NCBI GenBank assembly: GCA_030704615.1
Contig: CM060732.1
Location: 69,812,001 to 69,876,000 of the forward strand
DNA length: 64,000 bases
DNA from: Takakia lepidozioides
Lineage: Eukaryota > Plantae > Bryophyta
Direction: 5' to 3'
Shown here: one piece after another, positions 49,952 to 61,016 of the stretch
Numbering within the stretch: the stretch's first letter is position 1
Layout of the letters: each line of letters starts with the position of its first letter
Program-made: the position numbers and the translations under genes
The notes under the pieces: model-generated
Database searches by the model: none
What the model was told of the DNA's origin: nothing
Seen by the model: the letters and a program-made list of their open reading frames with translations, nothing else

Positions 49952-51494
49952 TAATACCTTCAAAAAGCAGCAAATGGGATTTGTGTACTCATTTATCATT
50001 TCTGTTGCATCTGTATATAACAAATATACATTTTCTCGTAGTTGCAAGCAACATAAAACATTCGTCGTTTTCTTTTGTCTATCCCATGGAAATCAATACG
50101 ACCAAAGGGTTTTATAAAGGGTTGGATCATAATGTCATCTTTGTTATTTGATTTCTTTCTTGTTGCATAGAGGATGTCAACCCCAATTATCATAGAAGTA
50201 ATCCCTGCCTAAGCGTTATGTCAATGTTCTTTACTTGTGAAACTGCTAAACTTTCCACCTCTAAAATCTTAAAAACACATGTAATGACTTCAACGTCTTA
50301 TTGTCTTGCTTTAGTGTGAAAAGATTACACAAGTTTTTTTGGAATTATATAGATTTGCCTCCTTACTCCTGCTTCATAGAACTAGTCTCCGACCTTTCAG
50401 CTCACACTGGACCCGTGTGAAGAAAAAGCGAAAAACTTAAACTTTTAAACCTAAATTTTTAATTGGGTATGAATTTTGGGCAATTTGGGCAATTTCAGAA
50501 AAGAGCTGATGATGTGGCACTTAGGCACCCTATTCAAGCTCTACACTAAAACCATTGTCCCACATTTCAGTTCTCACTAGAACTTGTGTATATATATATA
50601 TATATATATTTTAAGAAAGCAGGGATCTCCTATCTACTTTGAAAGAAAAAGGGCAAAAAGACATTCAGTCAGTTTTTCTTCTCTCTCATCAAAAGTTCGG
50701 GCAGTTTTGATAGAAAATGACAATGATGTGGAACTTAGGGGACCTTTTACTTAAGCTAAAACTAGTTGGGTGATCCCTGAACACCCAATTCTCTTAACAC
50801 ACTCTGCAACCCACAAATCCACTCTTGCACATACAAAACCCACCACCAAAACACATTGAGAGTGAGAGAGACTCCTTCCTCTCCCTTGTTACTGCCATAT
50901 ATATCCCCTTTACAAGATCCCCCAATAGACCAACAGTACTGAAGACATGTGTAACTACTTACATGACCCATCTTATGGATAACAAGGTGCGGAGAGTGAG
51001 AGAATGAGACTTGACTTTGAGGACGACGGTATTGCTAAGATGGTGGCGAGCGATGGCGCAGGCCATTTCAACTTCACCCATGGCAGGCCTAAACGCGATG
51101 CAGCAGTGCACGCTAGTGCCGGGCCCACCCACTCCTCACACAACAGCCCGCAGCGTGATGCTGGTGGGCCCTCCTTTGCCACGTAGGGCAGCCCTAGGTG
51201 CTGGGGTGGTGGGCCCTCTTATTCTAGGCACCTCCGCCCTACCCGTGGTATAGCAAGTGGAAATACGGGTGGTGGGCCCTCTCACTCCTTTCAGTCCAGC
51301 CCTAAGAGTAGTGCAAAAGAGGCTAACTCTAGTGGTGAACCCTCCCACTCCACCTGCGGCAGGCCTAATCCTGGCAGGAGAGGACGGTGGGTCATCCCTA
51401 CTCTACCCAAGGGCCCGGCAGCCTTAAGCGATGCACAACAACACCGAATCTAGGTGCTGGTGGGCCCTCCCTGCATTCCCCCCCAGGCCACACC

Positions 51495-52310
51495 AAGGGT
51501 GACATCTACTTCCGATCGTCCCCAAATCCTTCCCTAAATCGCCTTTTAGGTGCGCCGCCGTCTCCCATAGCGCTTACCTCACCACCTGGCTCGCCACCTC
51601 CTTCTGGGCACACTTTGCTACCCAACTCACACTCTCTAGGGCTCATTGTTCAACCCCTAGTTTTTGGAGCTTATGTCTTCTTTTGATACGACTATATCAT
51701 TGAGCGTACATCTTCTTCGTTTCCCTTGTGGTGGAGAGCGCACTGCGACTCATGAGGTCGTTCGAGATGCAACAATTGCGGTTGCTCGTGATGTCGGCAT
51801 TCATGTCCTTCGAAGGCAGATGCACATACTCCCATCCCACCATCACCATTCCACTCGGACGGCGACGACGGCTTGACATTGTCCGCTCTCATGACAGGCT
51901 GCATGCATTGGAGGACGGTATCATCGCTGATCTTACTAGGTCAGGTCTCCTCCCATGCATAGCCTCTCATAGGGAGATGTTGCTTCAGTAGCTGCACAGA
52001 TAAATGAACCCGATTATCGGGAATGTCACCCCACCGACACATTTCTCCCTTTTACAGTCAGATCTTCGGTTGTCTACATCATCATTTCAACGACTTTCTT
52101 CGCACATGTGCCCATCTTACAGCCGAAAACAAAAACGTTGGAACTCTGTTCTTGTAGCTTTCTTTAGACAATGACTTTCTGTTGCTTTAAAAAAAGGCTC
52201 AAGTTCTATCTATTTTGCGTCGGGCAAAGGTTGCGGGGCGGCTTCATCTCGCCTCCTGGCACTTTCTGACCCACCCTCTTTCCTATTGTCTGACATTCTG
52301 TAGGCAATAG
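51495..52310 (+). mobile_element. 3' remnant of an RLE-type (CRE-like) non-LTR retrotransposon
   Basis: HLLRFPCGGERTATHEVVRD (decayed zinc knuckle plus RHD-like motif), then RRLDIV...IIADLTR and AAQI (PD-(D/E)xK-like endonuclease region). Many frameshifts. Confidence 0.65.
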
Positions 52311-52939
52311 GTGATACTAGAATACTTTGATTTCTTTTTGTCAGTATATCTAGCCCAAGGAGATTTTGTTTCTCCTCTTGGGGATAGATTTACCCATTTG
52401 TACAGTCACCCCACTTGGGTCTTTTATAGGTCACTGAAATAATTGACACAAAAATGTACCACAAAGAATTCAGAAAAGGGGCTATTTATTGCCTCACAAA
52501 CGGTCTAGGTTCAAAGCCACACAGGTGTATGTTAGATATTACTCTTTGTAGCCCTCTGAAACACCCCATGCAGAAGTCCTCTGATGGTCACCTTACATGG
52601 AGGTTAAGAATCATCAACACACCATTTGTCCATTAAGCATCCTAAAAACTCAGACAAACTGAGATCATTGAGGTCGACGTGGGGCTTGAAACCTGCAAAT
52701 AAACTCAATCCTGCAAGTGGGAGGTTATTGGCTCATGGTAGAATAAAGCAGTTACCTACAGAACTGGTCAGCTCCTTGGAGGGGATGTATTGTGCAAGGT
52801 TTATGGTCACAAATTTACGATATGTGTGGGAGCAAGGCAAAAGATTGCACCCCTAACCAAGTCATTGATCCAAATTATCACTGACCAGATGGGAGTAATT
52901 TTATACAAACAGATATGACTAATGAAGATGGAAGAAACT

Positions 52940-55900
52940 CTAGGGTGGACCAAACTTGGTTAATGTAGACTGGAATAAGTCAGAAAATGATTGTGCCGAA
53001 GTTGTATCATCGGCCTTGATCTTTGCAAGGCAGCTTCCTGACGACGTGTTGACAAGCAGTTCAATTAAAAAGAAACCAGTGGCAGCTGGAGAGTGAGCAG
53101 TCTGGGCAAAGAAGAAAAACTTCAACTTAGGGGCCTGTCCTCCTGATGCCATGCACTCAATTGAATGCAACTGCATGTGGCGAAGTAGAGGTTGAGGGGA
53201 TGTTAGCATCGCAGTGGCTCCCCTCGCCAGGAAATAGTCCTGCAAGAATGCCAGAAGAAATAGATCTGTAAACTCAATAGTCTGATGGAAGTGCATCGTA
53301 GGATCCTAACCCACTGGCACCCATTCTTGCCTTTAAGGAAATACAATTACACTGTGTTTGTACACAGACCACAATACAGTTCCAGGGTCAGTACAAGTTG
53401 AGAGGGAGAGGGAGAGGGAAACAAGACTGCTGCTCTATTGCCTGCCTTAGTGACGATGCCTTTGTACATGTTCAAGGAGACGAGTCTGTGGTTCAAGCAT
53501 TCTCCTCTTCCATCTTTTCAGTGTCAGTGGCAGGGCAATCACACCCCCCATGTTTCTCTTTGAGGGCTAACGGAACACATACATAATCAACCTAAAGCCT
53601 TCTATAGTGGCAAATCCAGCCAATAAATCCACTCTTTGTTTGTTGTCGTCCCCGACCAATTTCGACATTCCCTATTACCTGAAAACTCTCAACCTCGCAG
53701 GAAGGTTTACTATTGTGCAAGGCCTGAACCATGAAGGCTACAATGTAACCAAGGGTAGCAAGGAACAATACATCAGTACACAACTTCCTCATGCTGGATG
53801 GAAATGTAAGACTCTGAGAATTCATAGCACAGCTGACCATGACATACCAAGGCACCCCAGAAAAGTAAAGTATCAGGGAGAGAGGACCAATCTAACTAAA
53901 TTGTGACCCACTGGCAAAGGGATGGCTTACAATCCATACCAGTGTTGCACCAACCACAAGTTGACCCCATTTCCGTTGAAAGGTGGCTGGATCTAAATTG
54001 GGTTTTGACTTCAGTTTCAAGGATGGCGACGTTGACAAAGAGGGGTCAAGGAGGCTGAGCCCAAGCAAGTCATCAACAGCAAGCAATGGAGAAGAAGAGG
54101 ACGTTGGCGCAGTCCTAGAAGTTGGCAGTGATGGAGATGGAGAATTTTCAAAGCCAGATAGATCTGGACCACTGTATGCATGAGACCCGTTGCTGGCAGC
54201 ACCACTACTCTCTTCTCTTTCAGATGCACTCAGAAGTAAGTCGTTGTCATTTGCATCCACGTGTTGACTTGGCAGCACATCATTTGTGGACGTTGGGACC
54301 AATGGCAGTGCTCCTGTGTCCTCTGAGAATTCAAAGGGACCACGATGCTCCTTGTCTAAGAACATGTATGACGGCTGCACAAACAAAACGCAGAAACTCC
54401 AGCTTCTCCTTTTAATTCAGCAGACAATGTGTATTCCATCGAGAGGTAACAAAATTCAGGACCAGCACTTGGTTCCCCAGTAGTCACCCGCTAAAAGAGA
54501 AATGCATGGTTATCATGACCAGGCTCAAATGAAGCAAATGTCGCTGATACATCAAACAGTGAGGATCTACTCATGCAGGTGCTCATGTCGGAGCTGCATA
54601 TGCTCAACTACTTGCAATACAAAGACCAAATAAGCTGTAGGCTATGGGGTTGTGTGTAAGAACTCTGCTCACCTCACGATAGACAACAGCAAGGCTGTTG
54701 AACTCGTCGAAAATCCGGTCCTTGATTTCACTGCTTTGTGTGTCCGCAAACACTGAGACTGCCTGTTTGGGTGGGTTCACCACTCGCTCAGCGACCTCGA
54801 CACCATGCTGCAGGAGCCTGTAGTACAATAGTGCCCTATCGTGCACGTCCTGCACTCCCACAAACCAGGCCTCTTTTAGTGTTTGAATTTTGAGGCGTTT
54901 GTGGTGGAAGAGAGGAGGGGGGAAGGACAGTGGTGATCAATTTGTGCAATGCATCACAGCAACTGTCAACTCACACACACTCCCTCTCGTTCCTTGAATG
55001 TGGCTGAGTCCTTTAATAACACCTCTTGGATTACATAATCTAATTATTGTGTAGAGAAATTGCCACTTGAGAAGTTCTTACACAGTGTTGCTAAGGTAAG
55101 GTGAATAATACATTCTTTTGGCACTAACATGGCACTTGTTGGCAGATTATTGATGAAATACTATGCTAGGTCCTGTAGAAGCAACAAGCTGGAGTACATG
55201 TGTACACCTTCCACATTACCAGTCAATGTACAGTGCTCTCTTGGTTGGTCTATTGTAGCCGATGCCTTGTACCAGAATTAAGAAACCTGAAAGTGAGAGG
55301 CTTGAGGATTTCTCTCTCCCTCTTGCTCTCTTTCCTTAACTCTGGGTGTCCTTACTAACACCCCTCAAGGATTGCCTGATCCCATTATTATCTGTCCACA
55401 AAGGAACAGGTGAAAAGAGGGACTCACTAGAAGTGTTTAACCTAAATACAGCCTCTCCATATGTGAAGGGGCTTAAGCCTGGGTTTCACAGAGATCACTA
55501 GCCTGTTGGCAAGTGACTAAGGGGAGTTTAAAGCTTTGAGCTCTAGGATGCCTTGGACGACTAAGTCTGTATGTGCTGTTTTTGAGCATCACGATCACTG
55601 TGAACTGTTTCTGGTTGAGGATATGACAAAGGGTAAGGGGCAGACTTGGGTTGAGGTAGCTTGATGGTGCCTCGACAAGACTGTTTGATGTCCTTAAAAA
55701 GAGGTAGACATAAAATGTTCTGTTTTGTGTTTCCTTGTAGCATTGTCATAATGTGAGATGATAAGTACATCTGTCTGTGGCACATCTATTTTCAGGAACC
55801 ATGTAATGACCATGCATATGTCATGGCCATGAGTACGACTGTGCTACTTCGTAACTGTCTGAGCCCGAAGTTGTGCTGTATTAATGCAGTCCACTATAAA

Positions 55901-58900
55901 ATCTTTTCACAACAAACTTTAATTTTTCACTTAACTGCAAATAGAAAGTTTCACCCAGTAACTTGGTCTTGCGGCCTACCTGGTGGGCATCAGCAAGGCC
56001 TGCTGACAGGGCAACCCCCAACATCTTGATGCTCTCAGGGGGTCTCTTGAAAAACAGCTTGGTTACCGCTGTCAACAACTCCAACCGCACCTGCAGACAA
56101 GAATCCATTATAAGTAAATATAAAGACCTCTAAATCTCTTTGTCTCCGAGAAAATCCTGCTCTTCGCGCTAAGACCATCACATGCTGCTAGCCAAAGCCT
56201 GACGAGCGACAAAGCTTTCACAGGCAGTGCCCACCTCTGGTGAGTCTTCATCCGCCCAGTTGTCAATAAAGCCTTCCAAAATGTATGGCGCATCCAGCAT
56301 GTCGTAAGCATACTCCCCAAGCATCCACACTAGAGCGGCCTTTGCCTTGGGCTCTGTCACACTTTTGCTACTCACATTACCCACTACCGCAATGCAGTCA
56401 TGGCTCCACTGTGGGTACTTTCGCAGCAGGTCCTTCACTAGCACCTATTCACCCACAGACAAACCCCAAATTTGCCCAAACATTGGTCCAGAAAGCTCTC
56501 CAACAGTCCTTTTTCCTCACTCTCTTTTCAAGATTCAGTTAACAAGTAGTAACAACCATCACACCAAGCCCAAGTAGGCATGAGATGGGCCTGCACAAAA
56601 CTGGCAGTGCTTCATCCTCTTAAACTAAGAAAAAGAGGGGTAGACACAATCTTTCTTTTCCATTGAAAGAGGGTACCCCATTTATACCACGGCCCACCAC
56701 AATCTATCAAAAAATGTTCGGCGACCTAAATTGATTGAACATCAGCCTAGTTCCCAGTGTGAGTTGTAAATCAAAGACTCAGCAGTTCAATCCATTTGTA
56801 CTGAGCTTCAGTCCTCTCACATTTGAGCAGCATTTCCTGTACGTGACCGTGCTACTCTCTCTTGGCCCAAATCTCCTCCACAGACTTTCCTTTGGGAGGG
56901 AGAGAGAGAACAAACCAGTGTCTCGGCAGTAACATAGTCTTTCTCCATCTCAAGAAACTGGAGCAAGCGGTCAACTATGGCATTGACGTCATACTGCTGC
57001 AAAGCAATTTTTCCCACCGCTCTAATGGATTCACGGGCAATGGCCACATCCACGTTGGCCGCATATTCGCTAAGCTCTGTCACTGTCAGTCCATACAACA
57101 GCAAACTCCAGCACTGTTTATCAGAATCACCAATACAAAATATAGCACGTAACTCTTTGAGCTGCTAAGTATGCAAAGGAGGTAAGCTTATTCTTGGCAC
57201 ATCCATGTGATATAATCTTCTGTTTACAATGGTCAAAAAATCATCTAGTCTGCCAAAGCTAAGCTATCACCTTCCCATGTCAGTCAGTGTCTAACCTCCA
57301 CCTTCCTTCCGTCATCACTCTTATAGCTTGCAGGTTATAAACAATTCCGGTATAATCCATCATGGGGTTTTCCTGCAGGTTGTGACTGTAGTGAAGATGA
57401 AATTCAACAACCAACTCTTTGGAATGCTACTATGCCCTCACCAATTTCATAGGTGTTGGATTCATTTGCCACTGCAGTCAACATCTCCAGCTTCAACTTC
57501 TTCACATATGACGGATCACTGTAACGGCAGTAAAAGTGCTTGTAGTCTGATGAAAACAGCATTGGGGCCCGCACGACAAGCAAGTGTAAATGACTAAGCA
57601 CTGAGTATGACTGCTCCGCGCTCCCTGAGCTTACAAGAGTCAGCAACGGTGCCTTGATACGTTCATAAACCTGTGGTAGAAACAGAACACAGCCATTTAA
57701 CTCCTGTCTAAGATGTACTTCTGGATCCAAATATTGATCCCAAACAGTTATTTTCTTCTTACTGAATTTCTTCTCCTTCCAGTTAGGAGTATAGTGCATT
57801 CCACAGCAGTTTGATTTCAGCAATGTCCTTCTAACAGTCTAGCTGGCAAAATATGACACTTGTGCCCTGATTCCACTGCCAGGAAGAGAGTCAGCGAGAG
57901 TGAGAGAGAGAGAGAGAGAGTGAGAGAGGGGAAGAACGAGAATGTACTCATGCCATTCCCAGCGAATGTTGGCTTGCCACAGCCTTGAAGTCATTGATCC
58001 CGTGGGAATCTAACCCTCCCGGAGCCTTTTGTGGGGTTTGTACCCACCAGGGTTTAGCTTATCCCCGCAGTTCAGCTGCAGGTACAGACTTATTTTCCCA
58101 CAACCGCCATTAAGGAGCTCACAGAGGCACTCGTTCGCATGAAAACTCAACAGCCAGGTTGCAGAGTTATTGATATTAGTCTTATAGCCCTGTGTTTACC
58201 ACAGAGATGACATGCTTGGGGATGTGCAGGGCACAGGAGGCTTCGGCCCGCCACTCTGGGCTAGGGGAAGAGAGAGACAGAAAGACAACAGGACAGAAAG
58301 AAAAGAACTTTCTAAATTGCACTGCTGATCACAGTGCCTCAGAAGTGGGCAGGGACACAGAGAGAGAAGACAGACCTGCTGGTGCACATCTGCCATCGAC
58401 ATGGTAAGATGGAGGAAGACTTTAATGGTTGCCAGAACCACAGCACTGTTGGCATGCTGTAACCGGTCTTCAAGTATGTTCATGATGTCAAATGTTTCAT
58501 TTGGTTCTGAAGGAATGTAGTTAGAGACCACGTCTAGCACCAGGCACTGTGCCCATTCACTGAACACCTTTATCCTGCAAGCATGGAGACTTTTGATGAG
58601 ATTGCAGCAAAGAAACACTTGTATCTAGCAATACATTAGAGCAAGTCCTGTGTTGCGGAGAGTGTTCCAGAGAGTGCACCAGCTGGAAACATGACATCAG
58701 ACACACTTCCAGCCCATCAGCCCATTATATGCAAAAGCTCCAGTACAAGAGGAAAACTGTTAGAACTCAATCACCTGTTTAGAAGATGAAAGATCACAGG
58801 TTTGCTGTACAGTAGATCTCTATCTTTTGCTGCTGCCTCTGAGCTGTTTCCTTCAGCTGCATAGATTTCCTGTAAGGCACACAAGCAATTGGCAATCACC

Positions 58901-60073
58901 TGCACAATAGGACATTGCAGATATCAGCATCTCAGTATCAATGCCAGATTTATAATTCATTACACTGTTGAAGGGTTCATACACATTATGGCTGATGTAT
59001 CTGAGACTATTACAAAAACTGTTTACCTAGCTCTTTTAGCTAGGGGTTGTATCCCTTGCCATTGCACAAACGTCATGCCATTGTAAGACATCATCAACTT
59101 CTCCCAGTCAATGTTGAATGATCAGCCATGATTCCCTGGTGCAATTCCAGAATGCAAAGGTCAACATGAATTTACAACCAACCAACAACCATGGATTTGA
59201 ATGTTGATTGAAGACAAATATAAAAAGAGGGCAGTAACTAGCCATATTCAAATCCACATAGCGAAAACCTTGGGTGAGTGATCGCAGGGGATCGTCGCCC
59301 TGCAAAAAATTGTAAAACGACGAGTCCAATGTCTCTACAAACGCACGCCTATTGTAATGCCGAAGATCTTCCCACCTAGAAAACCTAAAGTTGGAAACTC
59401 GGTCTGACATATAGCCAAGGATAATGAGAGAACTCACTAAGGGGCCCCCATGCCCTAACGCGATGAAGGAAAAACGGTTGTTATAGTGGATTACGGCATG
59501 CAAGAATCTTAACTCAATGTAGGCATCGCTTACCTGTGCATCAGAATCATGAAGAAGCTGCGTCTTTAGCGCATCTGGAAACTCATTCTCTATACAAGCG
59601 GAGGGTGCAAGGTGATACAACTTCAAAACTCCCATTGCTGCCACTGTTCTGACATAACTATTGCCGTCCTTAAGCCCTGTGCGCAACGGCCCTACTAGAT
59701 ACTCCACAAGATTCATCACTCTCAATGAGCAAAGGCTCCGCAATGCAAGTCCTCTAATCATGGGGTCATCGTCCTGGCAATCCTTCTGCAGGAAATTGAT
59801 AGTGAGGAGGGCCAGCTCTGGATGGCCCCGCGCATAATTACCAACATACAGGTAGCACATCTTCTTGAGCACCAAATCTGAGGTCGCCGAGCACATCACC
59901 ATTTCACTAAAGAGAGAGGACACATCAATGCCGATGGTCATGTATGAGATAACTTTCTTGTAAAGCTCTCGCTTTACATCTTCAACACCTGGTGCACGGC
60001 TTCCTGCCAGCTGCCGCAGCTGAGCCTTTAGCTCCACAAGTTCCCCCTTTCTGTTGTCAGCATTCGGATTCAT
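52940..60073 (-). CDS. AP4B: AP-4 complex beta subunit (beta-adaptin-like protein A), 830 aa, 10 exons
   Basis: Exons 59534-60073, 58775-58899, 58376-58574, 57442-57670, 56916-57082, 56235-56444, 55980-56090, 54673-54849, 53940-54374, 52940-53239 (2493 nt, GT-AG, phases consistent). Motifs LRQLAGSRAPG, KKVISYMTIGIDVS, LKKMCYLY, DPMIRGLALRSLCSL, DVHDRALLYYRLL, FNSLAVVY, and a C-terminal appendage with FQRKW and MASGG. Confidence 0.96.
57893..58036 (-). repeat. Short dispersed repeat (SINE-like), copy 2, with a (TC)n tail, in AP4B intron 3
   Basis: 57946-58036 is the reverse-complement homolog of 15947-16035. A (GA)n microsatellite at about 57893-57930 lies at its apparent 3' end. Confidence 0.75.
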
Positions 60074-60308
60074 CTTGGCAGACAGGAGGCGATCACCACT
60101 CCAGAGTCGATACCTTGCTTGGTCTTGGAGTACATACACAGAGGTGAATATTTTCAAGGAACCGAGCAAGTAGATCACAGATTCACAGATATTTCCGACG
60201 AATCAGACTCTGTACAGATTACAGAGACTCTAACTTTGGTCTGCATCCTCGCGTGACAACCGGATCGTTCTCTGAAGAATCATCAATGTTTAAATCGACG
60301 TTCACTTT

Positions 60309-60353
60309 AACCCTAAATGTTTGATTAGGGTTTTGGAAAACGTGTCATGGGCC
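60309..60353. promoter_or_regulatory. Telo-box pair plus site II motif upstream of AP4B
   Basis: AACCCTAA (60309-60316), TTAGGGTTT (60325-60333) and TGGGCC (60348-60353), about 240-280 bp upstream of the ATG. Confidence 0.5.
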
Positions 60354-61016
60354 TTGGCAAAACTAATTTGATCTTGGTCTTGTTGTATATTTTTAGGCTC
60401 ATGTTGATTTGACAACATCGAGAATTGCTTTTGACGGTATACTTTCAACCAATTGTTTCAGAGCATTTGTATATTTATGGTGAACAAAGTAACAGCAACT
60501 GGTGAGAGTCCTCTGCAGCAGAGTTCAGATTCTCATGTATGAATGGCTGCAGTCAGAGAAGAGGAATGTGATGAGATTTGAGGATGATCAAAATAACTTT
60601 TTGGTCCGTCCTTAGTTAGACTTGCAAACAGACCTGAGGATTGATTCTCTATACACTTTGTGGGCTGGTTTTCAAAAAATTTCAAACCTGACTATTTAAT
60701 GTATAAATCATGTAACCCCTTGCATTTTAGGCCACACACACACACAATGATAAGAAAAAGAATCTTAAACCAAATCCTCTCCTTCTGATCCTCTGCAATG
60801 TCTGATGATTCTGTCTCTATCAAACTATCTTTATGTCCTTCAACTTTCTTCAACAGAGAAGTGAAAATGCAGTGGGCCTTCTTTTGTTCCTAGAGTGAGG
60901 GCATGGAGATTTGGCAATCCACTCGTGAATGAGACGACTGAGATGACGTATTCATCATCAAACTCAAGTTCCTGTGACTTCCTTGGTTGAAGACACTCCA
61001 TCGCCTCACTCATGCC

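Noticed and set aside
59108-60178. 356-aa ORF as a stand-alone gene
   Set aside because: It is AP4B exon 1 (ATG 60073) plus chance read-through into intron 1. Homology stops at the GTAAG donor at 59533.
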